Assembly (NCBI GenBank): GCA_003218515.1
Contig: QHNT01000055.1
Location: forward strand, 10,644 to 74,643
Source of the DNA: Verrucomicrobiota bacterium
GTDB lineage: Bacteria > Verrucomicrobiota > Verrucomicrobiia > Limisphaerales > AV2
DNA: 64,000 nucleotides
Direction of reading: 5' to 3'
Position numbers and translations under genes: made by a program. Under the pieces are notes generated by a model that had not been told where the DNA came from, did not search any database, and worked only from the letters and a program-made list of their open reading frames with translations. This document shows, piece by piece, positions 37,556 to 47,173 of this stretch. Position 1 is the stretch's first letter; every line of letters begins with the position of its first letter.

Positions 37556-38596
37556 TCAGTGTTTTCTGGTTAATTGGACAAACTGTGTGTCGGGCGCATT
37601 GTGGAGGAGCACCAAATCCAGGATTCCACGAAGGAATCCGTAGCCATAGCCGAAATGAAAGCACCAAACGACAACGGGTAAAACCGGGAGCAATGCCCAT
37701 TGTACGCGGGCAGCGGTGACAAGCGAAACGGCCAGCGCTGCGGCGGCATAGAGGACTGCCAACCCGGCGGCCCCCCATAGTGCCGGGGACCAGAACAATC
37801 CCAGGGCCGCCAGCAAACTGAAACAACCGACGAAGGTTCCAGGCACGAGATGTCGGAAGGACGCGGGGGTCTGGTGTTTTCGAATGACCAGAGCTTTCCA
37901 GTATCCATATTGCATGTATTGGCGGAACAGAGCCTGGAGTGAGCCCCGCACATGGTACCAACTGCGAATGCGCGTGGACTGATAGATTTTACCGCCGGCG
38001 CGGGTGAGGCGAAGATTGTGCTCGTCATCCTGGTTGCGGACCAATTCTTCGTCGAAATAACCGATGCGCTCAAAAACGCTCTTCTTCCAGCAACCGTAAA
38101 TCACGGTGTCCACATAGCCTTCATAACCGGCCTGGTGCGAGCGCGCGCCGCCCACTGCGAAAGCCGAATGAAACACGGCGCGAATCGCCCTTTCCATAAA
38201 TGTCTCGGCCGTGGTTTGCATGGGTCCGCCAACATTGTCGGCTTCGGTTTCGCTCATGACCGCCAGGCACTGCTGCACATAATCAGGCGCATAGATGGTA
38301 TGAGCATCCATGCGAACGATGATTTCACCGCGGGCGGCTCGAATGGCCGTGTTCAGCCCGGTGGAGACAATGCGACCGGGATTGTCGAGAATACGGATTT
38401 GGGGATATTGTGTGGCGATCTGCTGCAAGTACTCGCGCGTGCCATCGGTTGACATCCCATCCGCGACAAGGATTTCAAAGCCGGCCTCCGGCGGATCCTG
38501 ATGGAGAGCTGATTGCAGGCAAGCCTGGATGTAGCCCTGTTCATTCCGGCACGGCAGCACGATCGAAACCAACGGATTGGGATCAGACGATTTCAT
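37556..38596 (-). CDS. Glycosyltransferase family 2 with C-terminal TM segments
   Basis: VSIVLPCRNEQGYIQACLQSAL...ILVADGMSTDGT...VRMDAH (DxD/GT-A motifs). Confidence 0.8.
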   Translation of the reverse strand: MKSSDPNPLVSIVLPCRNEQGYIQACLQSALHQDPPEAGFEILVADGMSTDGTREYLQQIATQYPQIRILDNPGRIVSTGLNTAIRAARGEIIVRMDAHTIYAPDYVQQCLAVMSETEADNVGGPMQTTAETFMERAIRAVFHSAFAVGGARSHQAGYEGYVDTVIYGCWKKSVFERIGYFDEELVRNQDDEHNLRLTRAGGKIYQSTRIRSWYHVRGSLQALFRQYMQYGYWKALVIRKHQTPASFRHLVPGTFVGCFSLLAALGLFWSPALWGAAGLAVLYAAAALAVSLVTAARVQWALLPVLPVVVWCFHFGYGYGFLRGILDLVLLHNAPDTQFVQLTRKH

Positions 38597-38679
38597 AGTT
38601 TGTTCGACAGAGTCATTAGTTTGGTAGAAAGGGCGTGTTCCAAAGATCCAAAACGGGCCGAGCCAAATGCGTAGGGAGG

Positions 38680-39618
38680 TCAGATAGATTGTGGGCTTTG
38701 GCGAAGCGCACTCCTCCGCTTATCAACCTGCCGATACGCTCTTCCTGATCCGTCCGGGTTAGCCAAAACTCCTCGCAACCCTGCCAAGGCAACCTTTAGT
38801 TCGATTCGAGTCCGGGTGGATTCTCCGAAGAGCTGAATGCGGGGGAGCCGCCACAGCGCAGAATGGCTCTCGGCCCATACTGGTTCCGTTGTCATGACGG
38901 TGCTGGCCCCACATTGCAACGCGTGCTGCGCCAACTCCGGGCTGTAATTCCCGTTTGGAAAAGCGAAGGTTTTGCACGGAGCACCCAGTTCGGAGCTTAC
39001 TTTTGCGAGACTCTCTTCGATCTCCGCGAAGGCCCTCTCTCTCGTTTCACGTATGAGGATGGCGTGTGTCAAGCCGTGGGCGCCGATAACGAATCCACGC
39101 CGACTCAAGCTTCGCGCGTCCTCCCAGGACATCGGCCGAACGTCATCTGATTCCATTTCCGGCCTGACTCCAAATTGAGCGCAGGCTCGATCCAGCCGCT
39201 CGTTCAACGCGGCGAAGGCCAGTTGCTTCAGCGTTTCCAGTTCAAGCCCGGCCGGACACTGGCCGAGCGCGCGCACCAACGCCTTGCGACGGTCGAACCA
39301 GAGGGCTGTCCCGTTCGTGAGAAAGGCGGTTGTGACGTAAAAAACCGCCGGCACTCCGAGGCGTTCCAACTCCGGCGCGATCTCGGTGACATTGCAGCGC
39401 TTGCCATCATCAAAGGTTAATAGGCAAAACGGCCGTCTGCCCGGCTGTGCCAACCGGCGGGGCAGTTCGTCAAGGCGGATAAAGTCAAACCACCGCCCCA
39501 GCACTCCGACATGCCGGCGGGTCTGAGCTGACGTCAGGTCGTGTTCATTGATGATCACGCCACCGCGCTTCACCTGCCTGACCAGCGCCAGCAAGAACGA
39601 CATAGCAATGGGAAACAT
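38680..39618 (-). CDS. Polysaccharide deacetylase (NodB-homology) family protein
   Basis: ATG at 39618 inside ORF 38680..39786. ...FCLLTFDDGKRCNVTEIAPELERLGVPAVFYVTT...GAHGLTH. Confidence 0.7.
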   Translation of the reverse strand: MFPIAMSFLLALVRQVKRGGVIINEHDLTSAQTRRHVGVLGRWFDFIRLDELPRRLAQPGRRPFCLLTFDDGKRCNVTEIAPELERLGVPAVFYVTTAFLTNGTALWFDRRKALVRALGQCPAGLELETLKQLAFAALNERLDRACAQFGVRPEMESDDVRPMSWEDARSLSRRGFVIGAHGLTHAILIRETRERAFAEIEESLAKVSSELGAPCKTFAFPNGNYSPELAQHALQCGASTVMTTEPVWAESHSALWRLPRIQLFGESTRTRIELKVALAGLRGVLANPDGSGRAYRQVDKRRSALRQSPQSI

Positions 39619-39667
39619 TTGGAGTCCTGTGCGAGGAGCAACCGCGACGTGGCGATGGTGACCTGGA

Positions 39668-40816
39668 TCAGACCGAGGTGCCCTGAACCACCCTGGTCGT
39701 CGAATGGCGCGTCGTCGGAACGGCCAGTTGATAGAGACCGCGCAGATACACGGGAAGCCGGTGGAGGCAGTGGTTTTCTTCAACATCGGACCGAGCGCAT
39801 TGCCCCATTTCCCTTCTGAGTTCGGAATTCTTCACAAGCTTGACCAGTGCCGCGACGAGACCTTCGAGATCGTCAGGCTGGAGCAAAAAACCCGTCTGGC
39901 CGTGCCGGACAATACCTGACACCCCTCCCACCTTCGTGGCCACCACGGGCAACCCGCAGGCCATCGCTTCGAGCAACACGTTGGGTGTGCCTTCGAAATC
40001 TGAAGTGAGGACGCAGACCGCCGCCTCGTGGTAAGCCGACCGGATATCCGAGACACCGCCTCTGAATTGAAGAAAGTCCGGAAACAACCCGAGGCTCCGG
40101 GCTTGACTTTCCAACGCCGGCCGAAGGTCCTCGTTTTGGCATCCTGGCCCAACTATCAGACCTCTTACGTCCAGACGGAAATCCGACCGCAAATGGGCCA
40201 GGATCGAAATGAAACGGTCCAACCTCTTCTGTTTCACCAAACGTCCCACTGCGACCAGGGTGAGCGGTCCCGTCGAACAGGGGCTTGAAGGCTTGAACCA
40301 GTCCGTATCCACGACGTTCGGAAGGAAATAGAGCCGCGAGGCCGGCACACCCCGGGCGATGGCGTATTTCATGGCGACCCGCGAGTTCACCGCAATCGTT
40401 CTGGGCAGGTGCAAATTCAGCCAGCCTCCCAAAGGTCCACTATCACTCACCTCGGTACGTCCGTTGTTGCGCATTGCGCCGATCCCGCTCGCCTGCAAAA
40501 GCCACGCCGCCACACTGACATAAGCATTCGCGTAAAAATGCTGGCTCTGCAGGACATCGGGCGGGTTTTTCCACAGTTCTTTCAGGACCCGAAAGAGCCG
40601 CGTCAGGCGTGAGGGTTGGTCGCCCACCCAGGTGACGCAAATTCCCAAGGCCTTTATCTTCTCCTCCCAGAATTCGCTGTGATCCAGTGACAGCAACCGA
40701 GGAGTGGCTCCCGCCTGGCAGAGCGCCTGGAGAACATAAAAAAGTTGGCGTTCCGCTCCCCCATGCTCCAGCGTTCCTGCCAAAAAGCACAGCTTCAGTT
40801 TGGAAAGATTGCTCAT
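39668..40816 (-). CDS. Glycosyltransferase family 4
   Basis: ATG at 40816 inside ORF 39668..41065. KLCFLAGTLEHGGAERQ... and ...VLTSDFEGTPNVLLEAMACGLPVVATKVGG. Confidence 0.8.
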   Translation of the reverse strand: MSNLSKLKLCFLAGTLEHGGAERQLFYVLQALCQAGATPRLLSLDHSEFWEEKIKALGICVTWVGDQPSRLTRLFRVLKELWKNPPDVLQSQHFYANAYVSVAAWLLQASGIGAMRNNGRTEVSDSGPLGGWLNLHLPRTIAVNSRVAMKYAIARGVPASRLYFLPNVVDTDWFKPSSPCSTGPLTLVAVGRLVKQKRLDRFISILAHLRSDFRLDVRGLIVGPGCQNEDLRPALESQARSLGLFPDFLQFRGGVSDIRSAYHEAAVCVLTSDFEGTPNVLLEAMACGLPVVATKVGGVSGIVRHGQTGFLLQPDDLEGLVAALVKLVKNSELRREMGQCARSDVEENHCLHRLPVYLRGLYQLAVPTTRHSTTRVVQGTSV

Positions 40817-40868
40817 AGCATCAAGCTCGCCGGTTTCACATGCCAGTACCCAAGGCTCCAAACACGGA

Positions 40869-42116
40869 TCACGCTGCGGGCCCCTCGAGGAGCAATGCCC
40901 CTGAGAGCGTTTCGGTTTTCCTGGTGGGAACGCCGCGCTCCAACATTTCAAGCAAGCAGGCCCTCCGCTGTCGGGCGGCGAAGCTGTGAAATATGGCCAC
41001 CAGGCGGCCCGCGAGTGATCCATAATCATATTCCTGCTCGACGCGTTTGCGGCCTGTTTCTCCAAAGTTCAATCTCGTCGAAGGTGATCGCGCCAGTCGA
41101 ACCATGAACGCGGCCATGCCTTGGGTATCCTCCCTTTCAACCACATAGCCGGTTTTGCCATGTTGCACGACCAGGCTGGCATCTCCTGCCGGCGTGGTGA
41201 CGACCGGGAGGCGAGCCGCCATCGCCTCGAGAATGACATTCGGGAAGCCCTCGTAATCCGAAGAAAGAACCAGCAAGGCAGACCGAGTGAGCAAGGCTGG
41301 AACTCGATCGCATTCGCCCACGAAAGTGAGATGCTCCGGCGCCAAGCCCAACGCGTTCGCTTTTTCCTGCAATGCTGCTTTGGCTCCGCAATCAGCCCCG
41401 GCGATAACGCCGGCCAATGCCGGCTCGCTGCGCCGTGCCAGCGCGAGCGCCTCCAGAAACCGATCAAAACGCTTGCACGGATGCAGGCTGCCGACGGCGG
41501 ACGCGATTATCCGGCCCGAAGGCAGAGAGATCTCTGAAGGCAGCGCACTCCGGGCATCAAAATCCTGCAGATCGATGACGTTCGGCAGCAATTCTATTTT
41601 CTCACGCCGGATCCCTTGAGACACCAGAGTGAGCCTGCCGCGACAGGAATTCGCGACCAGACCATGAGCCAGACGGAGCATCCACTGACTCAGCCGACCC
41701 CGATCGTTGAGCTCGTACCAACCATCACTTCTTACGCCTCCCAGGGTTAGCGCATTGCAAAGCCGGCCTGCGGTGCCGCCATGAACAAGGTCGCCAAATT
41801 GACTCACCAGGACTATATGGGGCCGCAATAAACACAACGCTCCGATCAACCTCGCGAGAATGAGCCACGGTCTATTGGGGGCGTAAATCTGGATTATCGG
41901 GACGCCTATCTGTTGCAAGACAGTCTCGTAATGGCCACCGCCGCCGAGGTAAAACAATCGCGCATCGATTCCGGTCTGGACCAAGGCCCGGGCCATGTAA
42001 ACGGTCTGCTTTTCGGCCCCGGCCAACCTCAGACTCGAAGTAACCAAGGCCACGCGCAGGGACCGCGACCGGGAAGCCTCGGTGAACAGCCCGCCTTTGT
42101 TCAAATGATGGGACAT
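40869..42116 (-). CDS. Glycosyltransferase family 4
   Basis: ...VALVTSSLRLAGAEKQ... and ...VLSSDYEGFPNVILEAMAARLPVVTTPAGD. Confidence 0.8.
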   Translation of the reverse strand: MSHHLNKGGLFTEASRSRSLRVALVTSSLRLAGAEKQTVYMARALVQTGIDARLFYLGGGGHYETVLQQIGVPIIQIYAPNRPWLILARLIGALCLLRPHIVLVSQFGDLVHGGTAGRLCNALTLGGVRSDGWYELNDRGRLSQWMLRLAHGLVANSCRGRLTLVSQGIRREKIELLPNVIDLQDFDARSALPSEISLPSGRIIASAVGSLHPCKRFDRFLEALALARRSEPALAGVIAGADCGAKAALQEKANALGLAPEHLTFVGECDRVPALLTRSALLVLSSDYEGFPNVILEAMAARLPVVTTPAGDASLVVQHGKTGYVVEREDTQGMAAFMVRLARSPSTRLNFGETGRKRVEQEYDYGSLAGRLVAIFHSFAARQRRACLLEMLERGVPTRKTETLSGALLLEGPAA

Positions 42117-42128
42117 CGTGACGAAGTT

Positions 42129-43418
42129 TCAGGCCGCTCCAGCCAGGGCATACGCCATGGCAAACCAAAAAACCAAATCGTGACTGGGATCACACACGAT
42201 CGCGCCCGCTATCGTGAGCGGCAGAAGGAGAGCTAACGGCAGCGAGCCGCAGGGATTGCGACGGGCCCTCCACGCCGCGGCCAGCGCCGTCCCGACCCCG
42301 AACGAGAAAAGCAGAAAACCAATCACGCCGGTCTCGACCAGCAGCAACAAAACGAGATTATGAGCGGCGATGGTCCTCTGCTCCTTGATCAGGTAAGGCA
42401 GCGCTCGGCGGGTCAACTCAAATTGATACCGATCCGGTCCGGATCCATAGATGGGGCTTCTCAGAAACATTTCCCAAAGAACAGGCGCCATTCGGACCCG
42501 CCCCTCCTGCTGGTAGATATTGGAGGAGTTCACCTTTTGAAACCGTTCCATGACTGTCGGTATCTGCCGGACGATCGCCGCCAGGACCGCGCCAATCAGC
42601 AGCAGACTGGCAAAGCGCTTCGTTCTTGAACCGAACGATCGGCCCTGGAAAAGCAGCACGAGCACACCCATGACGAGAATCAGAACGGCGGTCCGGGAAC
42701 CGGTCTTGGCCATTCCAGCTCCAACCACGGCGGTTAAAACGAGCATCAGGAGCCGTTCGCGCAGTTTGACACCGGGGAACATCCCCAGTCCCACCAGGGT
42801 GATCACCGCTACGGCGTAGATCGCGCCGATCACGTTTGCATTCTGGCCAAAGACCGAGGAACGCCCTTCGATTCCATGATCCACTTCGACCACGCCGATC
42901 CCGGCGATGTGGAAGGAGGCGCAGAGCGAGCAGCCCCAGACCAAAGCCCACAAGCCGCCGCGGCGCGCCTGGGGAAATTGCAGGACGTTGAACATCATCC
43001 ATAGCCACGGGAGCGAGAACTCAAGCAATTCAAGAGTGCTCGGCCACCAAAGCGTGGACAACTCGGGTGTGAACCATAAACCAGAGAGAATTCGGACCCC
43101 GCAATAAGCGAGAAACCAAATCATGGCCACCGGAACCAGCCGGAGACAGACTCGCGGTTGGGAGAGGACGCCGCACAGGATGAGCAGCTGCGCCAGTCTG
43201 GTGACCCCGACTCTCTCGCCTGTGCCTGGCAGATAGAGATGGCCAAAAGGGACGGAGAAGATCGACAGGTAGAAGGCCCAACGCACAAGAAAGTTTGGTC
43301 GCAAGGCATCGTCGGCCTGCGCCCCGAAAAGGGGGCGGCCAGCCTTGGACTCCGTTCCTGCGTCCGGCTTCGGAAAGCCGCCGGGCGGCGAGCTTATTAC
43401 CGGGGCTATGGCTGGCAT
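42129..43418 (-). CDS. O-antigen ligase/polymerase-like (Wzy_C) integral membrane protein
   Basis: Start taken at M52 (43418), a 13-nt overlap with the AsnB-like stop. About 10 hydrophobic segments and a ...KTGSRTAVLILVMGVL... loop typical of the O-antigen ligase family. Confidence 0.55.
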   Translation of the reverse strand: MPAIAPVISSPPGGFPKPDAGTESKAGRPLFGAQADDALRPNFLVRWAFYLSIFSVPFGHLYLPGTGERVGVTRLAQLLILCGVLSQPRVCLRLVPVAMIWFLAYCGVRILSGLWFTPELSTLWWPSTLELLEFSLPWLWMMFNVLQFPQARRGGLWALVWGCSLCASFHIAGIGVVEVDHGIEGRSSVFGQNANVIGAIYAVAVITLVGLGMFPGVKLRERLLMLVLTAVVGAGMAKTGSRTAVLILVMGVLVLLFQGRSFGSRTKRFASLLLIGAVLAAIVRQIPTVMERFQKVNSSNIYQQEGRVRMAPVLWEMFLRSPIYGSGPDRYQFELTRRALPYLIKEQRTIAAHNLVLLLLVETGVIGFLLFSFGVGTALAAAWRARRNPCGSLPLALLLPLTIAGAIVCDPSHDLVFWFAMAYALAGAA

Positions 43419-45418
43419 AATTCCGCTTCCGTCATTCTTTCCGCAGCCAACTCGGCGGCGGTCTCTATTCGGTCCGGCACAACCTTTTGCTGGTCCAGCC
43501 ACGCTTGGAACATGAGCGCGTGCCACAGTCCCGCCGACCAATCGCGCTTGCCGGAAAGGTGCTCGGTCCACCGTTGTCGCAATGTTTCAGGTTCGAGAAA
43601 TCCCTCCTGACGCAAACGCGTTTCCCCGAGGAGGTCCTCGGCCCAGTCGCGCAGCGGGCCGCTCAGCCATTCCGCGATTGGCGCTGCAAAACCTTTTTTG
43701 GGGCGCTCCACGAGAGCGGGCGGGACATATTGATCCAGAATTCGACGCAACAGCCATTTCCCCTGATTCCGTCGTTGTTTAAACGAAGTGGGAAGACTAT
43801 AGGCGAATTCTATGATTCGATGATCCAGCAGTGGAATACGCGTTTCCAGGCCGACCGACATGGCAGCCCGATCCACTTTCACAAGTATGTCGTCCGGAAG
43901 ATACGAAACGAAGTCCAGATACGTCATCCTCTGCAATAGTTCAGGCAAGCTCTCCCAGAATGAACGCGACCCGAATTGGATTTGTGGTTCCATTGCATCC
44001 CTCAGCCATACGCGAGAATCACGGTTCGGGGACATCAGCCGTTGGTATAGTGACCTGTCAGTCGGCGCAGGCAGAATGTCCGATAGGTTCGAGAGCCGGT
44101 TCAAAATCTGCCTCACCGGGCGGGATGTGACTTCTCTGTCCAGTCCGGCGCTGGAGAAAGACTTCAAGCGGCAGGCAAGCCGCTTGCGAACGGGCTCGGG
44201 AATCCTCCCGATCGCCCTCCAGATGCGCTGGGCTTTGCGATAGTGGTCGTATCCCCCGAACAGTTCGTCACCCGCGTCGCCGGATAAGCTCACCTTCACC
44301 TGTTCTCCCGCCAATCGGCAGAGCAGAACTGTCGGAATCTGAGAAGGATCGGCCAAAGGTTCGTCGTAGATGCTCGGCAACCTGGAAATGACCTGCTGCA
44401 GTTCACTGGTCTGGACGTAAAACTCGGTGTGGTCGGTTCCAAGATAGCGGGCTACGCCTTTGGCAAAGGGGGCCTCGTTAAAGGTCTCCTGCTCAAATCC
44501 AATGCTGAACGTCTTGATCGGCCGCGGACTCTGTGCCTGCATCAACGCCACCACCAGGGAGGAGTCAATCCCGCCTGAAAGGAAGGCGCCCAATGGGACG
44601 TCTGCGACCATTTGCTGGGCGACAGACCTGCGCAACAATGCTGCCAGCCCCTCGCTCGCCTCCTCCTCGACCCCGTCAAACGGATGGGCTGTTCCCGCTT
44701 CCACAATCGTTTCCAACGACCAGTACGGCTCCGGCTGGGGCGTATTACGTGTGCGGATTTGAGCCTCGGTCAAGGTGAGCACGCAACCCGGCGACAACTT
44801 GCAAATGTTTTCATAGATACAAGACGGCGCCGGGATGTACCCGTAGCGAACCAACAGAGCCAACGCGCCGCGGTTTACCCCGCCGCGCCACCCGGGGTGA
44901 GCCCGGAGAGCTTTTAATTCCGATCCGAAAACAAACGCGTCCCCGGCCCACCCATAATACAACGGCTTCTCCCCTGCCCGGTCGCGAACGAGGCTCAGTG
45001 TGCGCGCCCGGCGATCCCACAATGCGAACGCGAACATGCCGACGAAACGCTCCAGGGCCGGGAGGAGCCCCCATTCACAGAGGGCGGCCAGCATCACCTC
45101 GGTATCGGAGCGGCCCCGGAAAGAGTGGCCTGTCTTTTCCAACCTGCGTCGGAGGGCGTGGAAATTGTAAATCTCTCCGTTGAACGCCAGCACGTAACGG
45201 CCATCGACGGAGTGCATCGGTTGGTGCCCCTCGGCGCTGAGGTCCAGAATCGCCAATCGACGATGGCCCAGGGCCAGCCCCGTGCGGGCATCCGCCCAGG
45301 TGCCTTGATCATCCGGTCCGCGATGGTGCAAAGCCTCTGCCATTCGCAGGACAAGCTGCTCCAGCTCGACCTCGCCAACATCGCGCGGCGAATTCCAGAA
45401 TCCGGCAATCCCGCACAT
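43406..45418 (-). CDS. Asparagine synthase (glutamine-hydrolysing) family amidotransferase
   Basis: ATG at 45418 gives MCGIAGFW... (Ntn Cys2). SGGIDSS PP-loop motif. About 670 aa. Confidence 0.85.
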   Translation of the reverse strand: MCGIAGFWNSPRDVGEVELEQLVLRMAEALHHRGPDDQGTWADARTGLALGHRRLAILDLSAEGHQPMHSVDGRYVLAFNGEIYNFHALRRRLEKTGHSFRGRSDTEVMLAALCEWGLLPALERFVGMFAFALWDRRARTLSLVRDRAGEKPLYYGWAGDAFVFGSELKALRAHPGWRGGVNRGALALLVRYGYIPAPSCIYENICKLSPGCVLTLTEAQIRTRNTPQPEPYWSLETIVEAGTAHPFDGVEEEASEGLAALLRRSVAQQMVADVPLGAFLSGGIDSSLVVALMQAQSPRPIKTFSIGFEQETFNEAPFAKGVARYLGTDHTEFYVQTSELQQVISRLPSIYDEPLADPSQIPTVLLCRLAGEQVKVSLSGDAGDELFGGYDHYRKAQRIWRAIGRIPEPVRKRLACRLKSFSSAGLDREVTSRPVRQILNRLSNLSDILPAPTDRSLYQRLMSPNRDSRVWLRDAMEPQIQFGSRSFWESLPELLQRMTYLDFVSYLPDDILVKVDRAAMSVGLETRIPLLDHRIIEFAYSLPTSFKQRRNQGKWLLRRILDQYVPPALVERPKKGFAAPIAEWLSGPLRDWAEDLLGETRLRQEGFLEPETLRQRWTEHLSGKRDWSAGLWHALMFQAWLDQQKVVPDRIETAAELAAERMTEAELCQP

Positions 45419-45426
45419 AAGAGCTG

Positions 45427-46251
45427 CTACCTCAATAGCTGCACTGCGTTCACGTCCGCACAAGGGAGGCGCCTTCGTCCGGCGCCCCTCCAACTCCAGA
45501 GTTTAAGTTCCGAACGAATCAGAAAACGCGAGATACGAGGGCGGGTGCAGAGCCAAGCCGACCATTTGCATTCCGGCGGGGCGCCCCGATCCAGAATGGC
45601 ATCGAGCGACATGATGTTCGCGCCATACTGATCCACATCCTCGCGAAATCTCCTCGGCTGTGACGCGCTCCATTGATTATGATGGTAGCAAACCGTCCAC
45701 ACGCCCGCTGGCGCCGGACGGAAATAATACAACTGCTGTGGCACCCAGGTCATTCGCCTCGGACAAACGTACGGATAGCGGAAATACCCGCCGCTTATGA
45801 CCCGGATTCCAAACTCCGGGAGCAGTGCGACCGTGGCGGCGTCGAACGAGTCGCCAGGAGCAATCCAGACACGCGACGTGATTCGTTCGCGCTCGAAGAT
45901 TTCCAGCCCGCGCCGAAGCTTCTCCCGCTGCACCTCGGCCGGCAAACCGGCAAACTCGCTCTTCTTTCGGACGGCGACCATGCCCGCGCTCCTGGTTACG
46001 TAGCGATGCTGGAATCCGTGCAGCGCGATCGTCCAGCCGCGGTCCTGCCAGGCGCGCACGCGGTCCCAAAAATCCCCGGCCGGCGGGTCCACCTGCAGCC
46101 CGGGATCGCGATTGTCCGGCACCACCGCCAGGAGCGGCTTGAACCGACGCTGAACCAGTACCGTTTCAATCTCCGCCCACGCCCTCCAGTTCATGGTCGG
46201 GCAGATGTCATCAAACCGGAGGAGATATTGCGTGGTGCTCGTCCGCTTCAT
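45427..46251 (-). CDS. DUF2334-like (polysaccharide deacetylase-related) protein
   Basis: YLLRFDDICPTMNWRAWAEIE...LLAVVPDNRD...IALHGFQHRY resembles the DUF2334 pattern as I remember it. Confidence 0.5.
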   Translation of the reverse strand: MKRTSTTQYLLRFDDICPTMNWRAWAEIETVLVQRRFKPLLAVVPDNRDPGLQVDPPAGDFWDRVRAWQDRGWTIALHGFQHRYVTRSAGMVAVRKKSEFAGLPAEVQREKLRRGLEIFERERITSRVWIAPGDSFDAATVALLPEFGIRVISGGYFRYPYVCPRRMTWVPQQLYYFRPAPAGVWTVCYHHNQWSASQPRRFREDVDQYGANIMSLDAILDRGAPPECKWSAWLCTRPRISRFLIRSELKLWSWRGAGRRRLPCADVNAVQLLR

Positions 46252-46269
46252 CGGTGGAGGAGGAGGCCG

Positions 46270-47115
46270 TCACGCGGATGGGGCTGCCACGGGATGCCGA
46301 ACTGCCGGCGGAGGCGAGTCCGCGGCCGGCTTTCCTTGACCCGAAGGAAAGAGTTTCGTCTGCTTCAGTAATCTGGCGACGCGGAGCACCAACCAACCTT
46401 TGAGCGTCAGGATTTGCTCGCACTGGTATGCGCGCACGACCTGTCCGCCGAACCCTCTTTTGAACTCGTTGATTTTGAGCAGCGCCGGATCGGCAGTTCC
46501 AGGATACCAGCCGCCAAAGTCAAAGTACTTCAGACCTTGCGCCTTGTAGCGAAGCATATCACTCCAGATGAGATAGCGGTTCGCCCGGCCGATGGCGTTC
46601 CTCGCCGCGCTGGCGGAAAGCTTGCGGTACAGCGACGGCAAATACAATTCCGTCGCCCGATCTTGATTGCGGTAGTTGGCGTGGTACACGAGCACGTTGC
46701 CTTGTGAATCCTTGACGACGGACAAATCAAGAGCACCCGCGGAGGCCATGCCGTCTATCCGCGCCCGGTCCAATGGGAGCAAGCCCTTCAACGCCGCAAA
46801 CGGATTGTACATCTCCTCGAACCGATCGATGACAGCGTGATCGCTTGGATCGCAACACTCACAAGTGACCTTGTCCCGGTCACGGGCGCGCCGGATTTTG
46901 TATGCGGTATCCTCGTTCAAGCCCGCCAGCAGTTGCTCGCGACTTTGAGTCAGATCGATGAAGTAAGTGTAGAAGTATCTGCAGCTGGCGCCGGGAACCG
47001 GGCTCGGACGCTGGTTATAAAGTATCCAGTCCGCCGAGCGGGTATCGCCCGGTTCGTCATCAAACCAGACTTCAATTCGCGTCAGGAAACGTGACCTGTA
47101 AGTAATCATCGGCAT
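46270..47115 (-). CDS. FemAB/GNAT-fold (Acetyltransf_6-like) acyl- or aminoacyl-transferase
   Basis: ATG at 47115 inside ORF 46270..47253. The C-terminal ...YFDFGGWYPGTADPALLKINEFKRGFGGQVV is typical of FemAB-like EPS-locus proteins. Confidence 0.45.
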   Translation of the reverse strand: MPMITYRSRFLTRIEVWFDDEPGDTRSADWILYNQRPSPVPGASCRYFYTYFIDLTQSREQLLAGLNEDTAYKIRRARDRDKVTCECCDPSDHAVIDRFEEMYNPFAALKGLLPLDRARIDGMASAGALDLSVVKDSQGNVLVYHANYRNQDRATELYLPSLYRKLSASAARNAIGRANRYLIWSDMLRYKAQGLKYFDFGGWYPGTADPALLKINEFKRGFGGQVVRAYQCEQILTLKGWLVLRVARLLKQTKLFPSGQGKPAADSPPPAVRHPVAAPSA

Positions 47116-47173
47116 GCGGCGTGCCCGGGCTCCGAGAGGCGTCTCTGTGTGAGTTCGGGGAGGCTGGATTCGT